A DNA stretch of 64,000 nucleotides, taken from positions 320,001 to 384,000 of the forward strand of contig CAXXKD010000001.1 of the NCBI GenBank assembly GCA_963422375.2. The letters run 5' to 3'. This document shows, one piece after another, positions 34,401-44,634 of the stretch. The translations under genes were made by a program, and so were the position numbers. This stretch comes from Bryobacterales bacterium (GTDB lineage: Bacteria > Acidobacteriota > Terriglobia > Bryobacterales > UBA6623). Under the pieces are notes generated by a model. That model ran no database searches, was not told where the DNA came from, and saw nothing but the letters and a program-made list of their open reading frames with translations. The stretch's first letter is position 1, and every line of letters begins with the position of its first letter.

Positions 34401-34711
34401 TCCGCGTCTGGCGGAGGCATCCTGACCACCGCCTCGGCGTGGCTCATCCGCTGGAAGAGCCGGCTCTCGTCCGGGCTGCCCCGGACGATGACTGCGTAGC
34501 CCCCGCGGTCCGCGAAGGCGCCGTCGCGGGTGTCGAGCCGGAGCCCGGCTTGGCGGGCGTTGCTGTCCGGGCCGTGGCAGGCGAAGCACGCGTCCGCGAG
34601 GATCGGGCGCACGTCCTTCTGGAAGTCCAACGGCTGTGCCGTGCCAATCGCGGCCTCGGAGCTCAGCGCGGATGCGAAGGCCCAAGCGGCCCATGCAAGC
34701 GAAAGGCGCAT
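31451..34711 (-). CDS. PSD1/planctomycete cytochrome c domain protein (PSCyt1 + DUF1549 + LamG + DUF1553)
   Basis: CFACHGPD, WLDLARYADT, CARCHDHK, LDDLRIYSRAL, HPLTARV, TPLQAL. Confidence 0.92.
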   Translation of the reverse strand: MRLSLAWAAWAFASALSSEAAIGTAQPLDFQKDVRPILADACFACHGPDSNARQAGLRLDTRDGAFADRGGYAVIVRGSPDESRLFQRMSHAEAVVRMPPPDAERHPTSDQVETIRRWIEEGAEWSSHWAYAPPERPQIPQLGDARATSSEIDAFVLARLEREGLSLSPEADRRTLLRRLSLDLTGLPPDQGDVEAFLADTRPGAYERQVDRLLNSPHYGERMATQWLDLARYADTHGFHIDGRRDMWQWRDWVVAAFNDNKPYDEFTVEQLAGDLLPNPTLDQRIATGFNRNHMINHEGGAIPAEYHTEYVVDRVETVSTVWMAMTMGCARCHDHKYDPIKQREFYEFYAFFNSVDELGLDGENGNAVPILQLPDSSQEERLERLDAAVRSVRADLPEERVRRDLANWERTALATVPTANRERLEAHYQMEGGFSDSSGNYRHGRVMRGEPLFGTAKAGRGARFDVDTHVAFPGTAEIDLSAPFTVAFWMRHEGLVEKGLLHKMDGPESQRGLALALSAPVPIPDALRREYHLTARLSSGPGRAIVARTATPLRDARGEDSEYHIAISYDGSGRAAGLRFHVNGQPADAVTLSDTLAGSPATDAPFEIGAGRFGGRYTGTLDDLRIYSRALAASDIGVLHAHEPIRAVLGETYVDCASVLAGAPPAPPDDIYAPKSDTEVTRCRNRQRRLKAYYLAHAAPDTVRRLHARLQDLVRERAEVESDVPNVMVMRELPQPRETFMLARGDYRNRTDRVTPATPEWLPPFPADAPRNRLGLARWIASPDHPLTARVAVNHYWQSYFGTGLVRTAEDFGLQGELSTHPALLDWLAREFADGGWDVKALQKKIVMSATYRQRSHATPALRAKDPENRLLGRGPRHRLAAEQVRDNALAAAGLLDRRVGGASVFPYQPEGLWKEMAYGDMFTAQVYRPGAGADLFRRSMYTFWKRTIPPPSLGVFDAPDREKCIARRSLTNTPLQALVLMNDPTYVEASRSLAQRMIREGGADRIRFAYEAALARPPSPAESRLLQDLATEQAVKFRAAPGLARELLQVGETSADDSVPAPELAAWTVVASSILNLDEMISKE

Positions 34712-34807
34712 CGTCTCACCTCTGCGTCCAGTCTACTTGCCTCGCGGCAACCTGGGGGCGCTCGACGATCAGGAAAAACGAGACTTTCCCGTGCCCGCGC
34801 GACCCGG

Positions 34808-36361
34808 ATGGCTCCGGTCGACGACGCCCTGCGGCCGCTCGTGGCGGGAGCCGAGCCTGTCGTCAGCGAGCCCCTCAACCGCCTCTTCGCCGTCGAGGAG
34901 CGGGGCGACGGATTCTACCAGCGCGAGACGGAAGCAGGGCCCACGGACACCCCTCCCTTCGACAGCTCCCACCGCCTCGCCTACGTCATCGGGTCCGGGG
35001 TGAACGGCTTCAGCTACCTGGTCCGGCGGGGCCGCCATCTGGTGCAGGCCCCGGTATCCTACTACAGTCGGCAAGGGACCTGGGGTTTGTCTCCGGGGTA
35101 CGAGATCGCCAAGCCGGGCGAGGACTACGGCTTCAACCGCACGGTTCATCCGGCCTGCCTGCAGTGCCACGCCGGGCGGCCGCTGCCGGAAGGCAGCAGC
35201 GCGGGCCGCTACGCCGAACCGCCGTTCGCGGAGGTCGCGATCGGCTGCGAGAACTGCCACGGGCCGGGGCGGGCCCACGTAGACGCGCGCCTGGCGGCTC
35301 CGCAGAGCGTCGACGGTGCCATCGTCGATCCGCTCGACCTGCCGCCGAGGCTGGCCGAGAACATCTGCATGAACTGCCATCAGGGCGGCGACGCGCGGGT
35401 GTTGCAGCCCGGACGCGACCATTTCGACTTCCGGCCCGGCGAGTGGTTCAACGACACGGTCGCCATCCTCAAGCTGCCGCTCGACAGGGCCAGGCCTCGA
35501 GAGTCGGACCTGCTCGAGCACAACGACTCCATGGCGTTCAGCAAGTGCTTCTTGGCGAGCCAAGGGGGCCTCACCTGCTTTTCCTGCCACGAGATCCACG
35601 ACCGGCCCGCGGCGGTAGACCGGCTTGGCTACTACCGACGGAAGTGCTTGCAGTGCCACGAGGATTCGTCGTGCGGCTTGGATCGGGCGGCCCGTCCGGG
35701 GAACGACTGCGCTGGCTGCCACATGCCCAAGCGCGACATCGCCGAGATTTCGCACTCCTCCCTCACCAACCACCGGATCGTGCGCTCGCCGGGCCAGCCC
35801 TTCCCGCCCGAGGCCTTCGAGCGGGCTCCGGCGGACCTGCCCGAGCTCGTCCACGTGAACAGGCCCCCCGGCGCAGGCGGCGAGTCCCTGCCGCTGATGG
35901 TGCGGTTCCAGACCTTCGGCGAGCTGCTCGCCAAGCGGCCGAGCCTTTCCGGCCGCTACCTCGAGCTGCTGGCCGAGGCGGCCGAGCAGCACGGGGACGA
36001 CCCGCTGGTACTCGCGGCCCTAGGCCGCAAGGCGAAGCTCGAAGGGCGCGTGCCCGAGGCGATCGACTACCTGGCCTACGCGATCGAGGCGGGCGACCAG
36101 CCCGCCTCGACCTACGACGACTTGGCGGAACTGCTGTTTCAGTCCGGCCGGGAGGACGAGTCCGCCCGGATTCTCCGCCTCGGCGTCGCGGCGTGGCCGT
36201 TCAACTCGCGCCTGCTCAAGATGTTGGCGCTGCGGTACGTCAAGCTGAAGCGCTACCGCGACGCATCCGATACGATCCACGAGTTCGTGGACCTGTTTCC
36301 CGAGGACGACTTCATGCGGGGCCTGTTGCGCCAGATCCAGGGCCTCCCCGCGATCCAGTGA
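34808..36361 (+). CDS. Multiheme c-type cytochrome with C-terminal TPR-like repeats (possibly N-terminally truncated)
   Basis: Six CxxCH motifs (CLQCH, CENCH, CMNCH, CFSCH, CLQCH, CAGCH) and a helical TPR-like tail. Confidence 0.82.
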   Translation: MAPVDDALRPLVAGAEPVVSEPLNRLFAVEERGDGFYQRETEAGPTDTPPFDSSHRLAYVIGSGVNGFSYLVRRGRHLVQAPVSYYSRQGTWGLSPGYEIAKPGEDYGFNRTVHPACLQCHAGRPLPEGSSAGRYAEPPFAEVAIGCENCHGPGRAHVDARLAAPQSVDGAIVDPLDLPPRLAENICMNCHQGGDARVLQPGRDHFDFRPGEWFNDTVAILKLPLDRARPRESDLLEHNDSMAFSKCFLASQGGLTCFSCHEIHDRPAAVDRLGYYRRKCLQCHEDSSCGLDRAARPGNDCAGCHMPKRDIAEISHSSLTNHRIVRSPGQPFPPEAFERAPADLPELVHVNRPPGAGGESLPLMVRFQTFGELLAKRPSLSGRYLELLAEAAEQHGDDPLVLAALGRKAKLEGRVPEAIDYLAYAIEAGDQPASTYDDLAELLFQSGREDESARILRLGVAAWPFNSRLLKMLALRYVKLKRYRDASDTIHEFVDLFPEDDFMRGLLRQIQGLPAIQ

Positions 36362-36781
36362 CGGCCGAGGGCCGACCGCCACCGGGGCCTTCCGCTCGGC
36401 GCGAGACCGGTCATGTGGGCCGACGGAATCCGAGGGCGATCGTCCCGCTCCCAGCGTGAAGCTCGAAAGCCGCCGCGTTCTTCGATCCTCCGCAGGTCGA
36501 TGAGGACGCTACCGGCCGCCACTCGCCCGCATTGAGTACGCCACTACGCCCAATCAACAGGGCGAACCATCGCCAATGCCCCCTGTCGATTCCAGAATGT
36601 CGAATCTCTCTGACGCAAGATCACCGATTTCGAATCTGGACTGCTCGTAAAGTATTTCTATGCAACGAGTTACGCGCAATTTCGTCGTCACCCGGTCCCG
36701 GCCCTCGAGCTTGCAGCGGATCGGCATCGGGCCGGTTCCGCTCCCAAGGAGGTGCTCGGCACCGACTGGAACGGCTGGCCC

Positions 36782-38551
36782 CTAGTGTCGCAGGGGGACC
36801 GTCTTGACCAGTCCTGCGCCGGGTTTGAGCGTGACGCGGCTGTGAGCCTGCACGCCTTTCACCCTATCCTCCGATCCGTCCGGCCAAGTCACGCTGATGG
36901 TGGCGAGAGATGAGTCGCCCAAGCCGAAATGAACTCGGGTGTCGCTTTGGGAAATGTGATAGCCGCCGCTGCGGACTTCGTCCACCTGCGCCCGCCCGCC
37001 CGCCTCGACTCGAATGCGCGCTCCGAGGGCAGGGCGCCCAGATTCCAGCCTGGCGTCCACGATCAAAGCCTTGCTCGCCGGGCCGAACTGCTTGAGCAGC
37101 GACGGATCCTCGTGCATGTTCACCGTCACGATCTCGAGCGTGCCGTCGTCGTCGAAGTCGGCCACCGCGAGGCCGCGCGAGGAGTGCTTCTCCATCACGC
37201 CCGGTCCGGCCATGTCGCTCATGTCGTGAAACCTGCCCCCACCGAGGTTCCAGTAGACGAGTCGGCGCTGGCGGAACGTCTCGCCCACTCCGGCCTTGTC
37301 CACGCCGGGGTAGACGTGCCCGTTGACCACGAAAATGTCCTTGAGCCCGTCGTGGTCGATGTCGAGGAAGGCCGTCCCCCATCCGAGGTACTGCGTGTTG
37401 ACGGCGAGGCCGGTCGTCACGGTCTCGTCGATGAACATCTGCATGCCCTCGTTCAGGTAGAGCGTATGCGTGTCGTTGGAGAAGTTCGTCTTGAAGATGT
37501 CCAAGTCGCCGTCTAGGTCGAAGTCGCCCGCTGTCGCTCCCATCCCGGCCTGCTCCTGACCGTCCATGTTGTATGCCGTGCCCGAGATCACTCCTATCTC
37601 CTCGAACGTGCCATCGCCGTTGTTGTGGAAGAAGAGGCTCGCGGTGGAGTCGCACGAGACGTAAACGTCCGTCCAGCCGTCGTTGTCGAAGTCGCCCGTG
37701 AGAGGCGTGAAGCCGTAGTAGTTCTTGTCCGTCTCCACGCCTGCCTTGGCTGAAATGTCCGTGAATACTCCCCGGCCGTCGTTCTCGTACAAGGACATAG
37801 ACTCTCCGGGGAGCCCCCGCGGCCCGCACAGCACCGGCAGGCCTTTCCAGCGGCACTCCGCGCCCTCGCCGGGCTTCGGCGTCTTGGCCGGGTCGAATCG
37901 CAGGTAATTTGCGACGAACAGATCCAAGTCGCCGTCCCGGTCGAAGTCGAGGAAAGTGCAGCCCGTGCCCCAGCGCTTGGTCCCTTCGGTCAGGCCACGC
38001 TCGTAGGTCTCGTCCCGGAAGGTCGCGTCCCCTTCGTTCCGGTAGAGACGGTTCTGGCCCCAGTGCGGGATAACGATGTCTTCGTGACCGTCATTGTCGA
38101 TGTCGCCGACGCACGCTCCCTGTGCCCAGCCTGTGTGCCGGATGCCGGCCTTCTCCGTGGCGTCGGTGAACCGGAGACCGCCGAGGTTGCGATAGAGGTA
38201 GTGCCTCGGGTCGGGCCCGCCGGACTCGAATCGGTCGGCGCTGACCAGCAGGATGTCCAGCAGCCCGTCACCGTCGTAGTCGAGGACGGCCACGCCCGTG
38301 CCGGTCGATTCGACGATGTAGCTCTTGTCGGTGGACGAGCCCGAGACGGCCACGCCGCGCAGGCCGGCTTGCTCCGCGATATCGCGGTACTCGATCACAG
38401 GTGCCTCGACGCCGTCCGGAAGCGGTGTTTTTGGCTGGGCTACCGCTCCGGTTGAGAGCGAGCCCTGGCCGAGCAGCGCTACGCTCGTCAGGCCGAGGCA
38501 GGCAACGGCCATCAAGGGCCGGATTGCGACTGCGGGCAGGCTCCTCGTCAC
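36782..38551 (-). CDS. CRTAC1-family protein (FG-GAP/VCBS repeats + ASPIC/UnbV)
   Basis: Repeated DxDxDGxxD motifs, C-terminal GYHISQSDTRVHFGLG, signal peptide, AAGGAG RBS. Confidence 0.92.
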   Translation of the reverse strand: MTRSLPAVAIRPLMAVACLGLTSVALLGQGSLSTGAVAQPKTPLPDGVEAPVIEYRDIAEQAGLRGVAVSGSSTDKSYIVESTGTGVAVLDYDGDGLLDILLVSADRFESGGPDPRHYLYRNLGGLRFTDATEKAGIRHTGWAQGACVGDIDNDGHEDIVIPHWGQNRLYRNEGDATFRDETYERGLTEGTKRWGTGCTFLDFDRDGDLDLFVANYLRFDPAKTPKPGEGAECRWKGLPVLCGPRGLPGESMSLYENDGRGVFTDISAKAGVETDKNYYGFTPLTGDFDNDGWTDVYVSCDSTASLFFHNNGDGTFEEIGVISGTAYNMDGQEQAGMGATAGDFDLDGDLDIFKTNFSNDTHTLYLNEGMQMFIDETVTTGLAVNTQYLGWGTAFLDIDHDGLKDIFVVNGHVYPGVDKAGVGETFRQRRLVYWNLGGGRFHDMSDMAGPGVMEKHSSRGLAVADFDDDGTLEIVTVNMHEDPSLLKQFGPASKALIVDARLESGRPALGARIRVEAGGRAQVDEVRSGGYHISQSDTRVHFGLGDSSLATISVTWPDGSEDRVKGVQAHSRVTLKPGAGLVKTVPLRH

Positions 38552-39379
38552 CGCTCCTTCCAGAATATAAGCTCAGGCGCCTGCATGACCGAGGCGCAGA
38601 GCGCACTCGCCCGCGCGAATCCGTCAGGAGCATGCGTCCGTCGCGCTGCCGGAATCCCCGGAGCCCGGGGGAAGGTGCGCGGGCCGGCCAGCGCCACTCG
38701 ACCGCAGCAGGCACGGATCCGCTCTGCCCGTGTTGTGCCGAGAACCGCGGCCGTATCGCGAGGAGGGTGTCTGGACCGCGTCCTAGATGACCGACGCAGG
38801 AGCGGGAGTCGCGGCTGGCCCCTTGCCGGGGCCGCGCTCCCACACGACGGGCGCAACCCGTGCTGCTTCCCGCGGATACGTCCGGAATCCGCGCCCTGCC
38901 AGTGCCTTCTGCCAGGGTCCGCGCCCGAGATGGCTAGCGTCCGCAACGACTTCATCCGCTATGAGAACGGCCTGCTCCGCTTGGCCCGGACCCCTCGCGC
39001 ACGCCAGGCGGACCTTGGTCCCCTTCTCCGTTCCACCGGCCCGGGCCGGGTTCCGCTTGAACCTGACTGCGGGCCTCCGGGGAAGGGATGCCGCTTCCAG
39101 TCCCGCTCGCAGAGTCGCGGCCGGCACCCGCCCGCGGCCGTGGAACAACGGGGAGGGCGGCCGGTTGGAATCCGCAACCGAACGCCTTTCCCCGCGGGAG
39201 GGGGGCCGGGCCCGCGCATCGAGCAGTGCAGGGGGCCGTTTCGACAAGTCTCGACAGGCGAACGTCTGTATACTGCGTTCCACCGTCTGCGGGCGGGCTT
39301 CCGCTAGGACTCCTTCCCAGTCGCAGTGACGGGCCCAGGGGGTGCCTTGTGCCCTGCCAACTAGCAGGAGGATTGTTCA

Positions 39380-42300
39380 GTGCTCGCTCGATTGGTTCCG
39401 ATCGCCGCGCTGGGGGTTGCACTGGCTCTCGCGCTAGGGCTGGTCCCGTCCGCGGAGGCTCAGATCTCCACCGCAACCGTCAACGGGACGGTGCGCGACG
39501 CCACCGGGCCCGTCATACCGGGAGCGGAAGTGTCCATCTCCAACGTCGAGACCGGCTTGGAGCAGCAGGCCGCCACGAACAACGCCGGCGTCTACCGCTT
39601 CTTGAATCTCCAGCCAGGGCCGTACACGCTGGCCTGCGTCTCGAGCGGATTCCAGACGGCGGTTGTCAATCCGTTCTCGCTGGTGGTTAACCAGACGGCC
39701 ACGTTCGACTTCGCGCTGGAAGTGGGCGCGGTCACCGAAACGGTGACGGTCGAGGCGTAGGGGGCGCAGCTGCAGGCGTCATCGGCCGAGTTGGGCTCCG
39801 CGGTGCGGGAGAAGCAGGTCGTCGACCTGCCCCTGAACGGGCGGAACTTCACGAAGCTGCTCGAGCTCACGCCCGGCGTCGCACCGGTCAGCGTCTCCCA
39901 GAACGGAGGCGGCTTCACAGCCCGCCCCATCGGGCAGTTCCAGTTCCCGGCAGTAAACGGGCAGACGAACCGGTCCAACCTGTTCATGCTCGACGGTGTG
40001 TTCAACCAAGGCGCCTTCGTCAGCACCTACGCGGTGCCTCCGATTATCGACACCATCCAGGAGTTCAAGGTCAACGCCCACAACGACGACCCGGAATTCG
40101 GCGGTGCGCTCGGCGGCATAGTCAACGTGGTCACCAAGGGCGGCACGAACCAGTTCCGCGGCAACGCATGGTGGTTCCTCCGTAACGAGAAGCTGGATTC
40201 CCGCAACTTCTTCCGCCGCCAAGTTACGCCGCAGAAATGGAATCAGTTCGGCGGGACGCTGGGCGGGCCAGTGGTCCGCAACAAGACGTTCTTCATGCTG
40301 GGCTACCAAGGCCTCCGCCTGCGCAGGCCCAGCGACAGCCTGCTCAGGGTGCCGCCCCAGACGAACCTAGGGGGTGACCTGAGCGATGACCCCCGCAAGA
40401 TCTACAACCCCTTCAGGACTCGTGCGACGGCGGACGGCGGCTTCGAGCGCGACCCCTTCCAGAACAACAGGATTCCGCAGCGCCTGCTGAGCCCGACGGC
40501 GCTCGCCTTCGCCCAGGCTCTCCTGCCGAGCGCCGGCCCGGTTATCACGTCTGACCGCAACGCGCTCGACTCGACGCCCGTGCGGCAGAACCAGGAGGAG
40601 TACACAGCCCGGCTGGACCACGTCTTCAACGAGAGGGACAGCGTCTGGTTCCGCTGGTCCGGCACGCTGCAGGACAACGACGTCTCGGGCGGACTGCCCT
40701 CGCTCGGCGGATTCCAGGAGTATCGCGCCCGCAACACCGCGGCGAGCTGGGTCCACACGTTCAGCCCGACCACGATCTTCCAGCTGCAAGGCGGCTGGGT
40801 GAAATCCATCGACAACGCCGGCAACCGGTTCGGCGACCGCGGTGTGCTCGCGCAGCTGGCCTGCGCGAGCACGTTCTGCGGCAGCTTCAACAGCGGGGAG
40901 GACCTGATTCCCAGCTACAACGTGACTGGCTGGTTCAGCGGCGGCGAGTCCAACAGCCTGAACACTCCCCCAAGCTCGATCATCAATTTCCGCAGCAACG
41001 TGACGAAGGTCATGGGCAACCACACCATCAAGTTCGGCGGCGAGGGCAACACGACCGACTTCCAAGCGTACTACGAGAATCTCAACCAGGCCTTCCGCGT
41101 CCAGCAGACGGCCAACCCACTTGACAACGACGGCGGCATTTCGCTCGCGTCGTTTCTGATCGGCGCGCCGGACTCGGCCGGCCGTCGCAACGTCTGGGAG
41201 ACGCTCCGTCCCGGAGGCACGGTGGGGTTCTACCTGATGGATTCGTGGAAGGCCACGCCCAGGCTGGCGATCAATCTCGGGCTCCGCTACGACCGCCAGT
41301 TCCAGCCGCCCTACGGCGAGGAGAAGACGATCGGCAAGCAGGGCGGCATCGAGACCGGCGCGCTCGACCTGCTGCGCGGCATCTACGTCCTGCAGCGCGT
41401 CCCGCCCTCGTGCGCCGAGCGCGGCTTCGCTCCATGCATCCCGACTCCCGACGGCTCGCTGCCGGAGCATGTCGTGTCGGATCCGCGCGGCAAGGTCTAT
41501 CACGACACGACCAAGAATTTCCAGCCGCGTGTCGGCATTGCCTTCCGCGTGTCGGACAGAACCGTGCTCCGCACTTCGTACGGGATCTTCTTCGACGAGT
41601 GGGCAGCGGTGACGCAGACCGCCCAGAACTACGAGGGCGGATGGCCGGACGTGGGCCAGCAGCTGGGCAACAACCTCAACCAGCCTACGGAGGCTTCGGC
41701 GCTGCCGACGATCGACATTACCAGCCCGTTCCCGCAAGGGGCTGTTCCCGCTGCCGACGCCGTTCACCGGCGTGCTGTGGTACATGGACCCGCATTTCGA
41801 GAACCCCCACTCGCAGCAATGGAACTTCGGCCTGCAGCACCAGCTGGACGAGTCCACGGTGGTGACCGCGAACTACGTGGGTTCCGCCAGCAGCCGTCTC
41901 AACGTGGGCGGCTACTACAACACGGCCATCGAGCCCGGGCCCGGACCGATCAAGCCTCGCACGTCGCACCCGCACGCCCAGCAGAGCTTCTTCGACCGCA
42001 GTTGGGGCAAGCGCAACTATCACGCCTTCCAGTTCCTGCTGGACAGGACGCTGTCGTCGGGCCTGGCGTACAAGGTCGCCTACACGTGGTCCCGGTCCAT
42101 GGACCATGGATCGTCGGGCTGGTACGGGGTCGAGGGCTTCGCTGTCCAGAATCCCTACAATCTCCGGGCGGACTACTCACCCTCGGGATTCGACATCCCC
42201 CACGTGCTGACGGTGAACTGGATCTGGCAGCTTCCCTTGGGGAGTGGCCGAAGGATCGACCCGGGTAGCAAGGTTTTCAACGCGCTGCTGGGCGGCTGGT

Positions 42301-42752
42301 AGTTCAACGGCATCGCGCTGTTCCGGTCCGGTCAGCCGTACACGATGTGCATCAACGGGGATATCACCAACACGGGCAACACCGGATGCTACGCGCGGCC
42401 GGTCGTGACGGATGACGTGGAAATCGCCAACCCGACGCCGGCTCGCTGGATCAACACGAGTTCCTTGGACTGGCCGGATTTCGTGCCGGGCTCGACGATT
42501 CGGCGGTTCGGAAACTCGGGGCGGCACAACGTGCGCACCGACGGGGTGTCGAACTTCGACCTGTCGCTGTTCAAGCAGTTCCGATTCGCGGAATCTCGCT
42601 ACGTTGCATTCCGGGTGGAGCTGTTCAACGCGTTCAACACGCCCACGTTCGGGACGCCCCAGCGGGTCTTCAACAGCTCGAACTTCGGGGCCGTCACTGG
42701 AACTGCCCTGCCCGAGCGGAACATCCAGATGGGCCTGAAGATCGCGTTCTGA
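39380..42752 (+). pseudogene. TonB-dependent receptor with carboxypeptidase-regulatory N-domain; TAG at 39758 and 42300, frameshift near 41740
   Basis: GTVRDATG, LPLNGRNF, TKGGTNQFRG, NLGLRYD, FQPRVGIAF, C-terminal RNIQMGLKIAF. Confidence 0.9.
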
Positions 42753-42758
42753 TGCTCC

Positions 42759-42783
42759 GGGCCCGCTTTCCGTGCGGGCCCCG
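42759..42783 (+). terminator. GC-rich hairpin just after the TonB-receptor stop
   Basis: GGGCCCGC-TTTCCGT-GCGGGCCC; no U-tract. Confidence 0.4.
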
Positions 42784-43451
42784 TCGGATGTCGAGACTCG
42801 GCTCGTAGTCGTCTTTGGCGGAGCCGCCCAGCGGTATCGTAGGCTTGGTGGTCCGGCAATTCGCGCCCTCATGCTTGGTTCGCTCCGTGCCAACGATGTC
42901 GGGAAGAGGACTAGCGCCTGCCGCCAGCTCGCATCGTCCAGCAAGCGAGAGCCTCGTGCCCCGTCGGAGCCCGTGAAGTGCAGCCTACCGGCGGCTGATC
43001 GACTTGGATCCAGGGCACCGGGTTCTCGATTCCGTAGACGTCAGGCACGGCTGCGCCTGTGCCTGACGCCGAGGCGGCAAGCAGGGTGTTGCCCGGAACA
43101 CCCCACGTGACGGTCAGGATGTGGCCCTCCAATCAGGGCCGTCAACACTGACAGGGTCGGAGCATCCGGTCGCTCCACGCTCTTTCCGGGGAAGGCACCC
43201 GGCGCGTTCTTGCGCATGATCGTCCGACGGTCGGCACGGTCCGGCTGCTTGAGAGCCGACCGGAATGCCTGGTCGTGACCGTTCCGATGGTGTCCGAGCC
43301 GCTGGGCGGCGGGCGGTAGGATTGCTCGAATGCCTCGGGCTCCTGCGCGAGATCTCGGTTGCACCCCGAGACTGCGTGTGAGCCTATCAGGTGTCCTTGG
43401 AATTCACCTAGGCACCCAACGAGCGACTCGGAATCGGCTGTCCCTTAAGGG

Positions 43452-43526
<75 letters not shown>

Positions 43527-44634
43527 GCAAGCCCTTCGACACTTACAGTGTAACGCATGTCCCAGCGGTCTGTCCAGCTTGCCGGACGGACGGGAGCCTG
43601 GAATCCGGATCGTTGGCGTGAGTCGATCGCGCGGCGGGCCCGCGGAGGCGATCAGCGAGGCGCGCCCGATCCCCGTGCGGTAAGGCATCATGGCGGCCTT
43701 CCCTTACTCGAGCCTCACCTTGCATTTCCAATGCGTCGCGGATCCCGCCAGTAGGCGCTTGCAGGGGACGCCGGGGGGCTGAGCGCGGAGCTCGCCTTTT
43801 CGCAACCGCGGCACTTCGTCCACAGCGGGCTGGCCGAGTCAAGGAACGATTCGACGGAGGGACACATAATGGGCCACGAATGCATCCCGGCGACGCCGGG
43901 CGCCGAGCTCCGACCGGCATCCACCGCGAGCACCTGTCGCGGGGCGCCGGGGCGGTCGCGCAGACGTCACCTCCTTGCGACGCTCCGACGGCTCGTCCAG
44001 CTGCTTCCCACTGCTCTATTGTGATCCGCCGAAAGTTCCGGTTGAGGCGGTCGATGTCGATGACGTCGGTCAGCTTGGGCAGGTCGGACTCGCCGGAGGC
44101 GGATTCCATCGCGCTCAAGTGGCGCCGCTCCGCACGGGTCTCCCTGCAACGGCAAGACCGAGGTTGGATGAGTCCTTCGTAGTCCACGAAGCGCGGCTCT
44201 CGCAGACCCATTCCCTCACGCCCGGCCGGAAATGGGTTTGCAATGCGTCCCTGACGATGCGAGAGTGTTTGTCGCGAGTCCTAACCGGCCGCATCGAGAG
44301 ATTCGACTCTGGCGCCAAGTTGCTTCAGTCGGAATTAGGCCTCCGGGAGGAATTCGGGCACACTCGCGAAGACCGTCTGCGTCTTGTCTCCATCATATAT
44401 CTTGCCAGTCAACACACGAAGTTTCCTATATTGAATCCAGACTGAGAGATCGGGAAGTACGAGTCTATGCTGAACGACTTTCCGGATCAGACCATTGAAA
44501 AATGCAATGAGTTTGGGGCGGATTTGCGGCATCTTCTCTCAGATGAATGTGCAGATCATGATTCTGCGTCGCGAGAACGGAACGGTAGTAATTCAGCGCC
44601 TATTCCAGTTGATAAATCGCCCTCTCAAGCGGTG

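Noticed and set aside
38585..39329. ORFs in the CRTAC1-TonB receptor intergenic region
   Set aside because: Low-complexity Arg/Pro/Gly translations with no motif; treated as non-coding or unrecognisable remnant.
39758..42302. Amber (pyrrolysine or Gln) recoding in the TonB receptor
   Set aside because: The gene also has a frameshift, TAG ends many intact genes here, and no pyl genes are seen.
43041..43450. Integrase remnant 3' of tRNA-Asn (AAQRLGH)
   Set aside because: Only a short motif-like match; no R..HxxR context, and I found no duplicated tRNA 3' end in the window.
44443..44445. Second selenocysteine codon
   Set aside because: No redox motif, no SECIS-like hairpin, and the surroundings are decayed.
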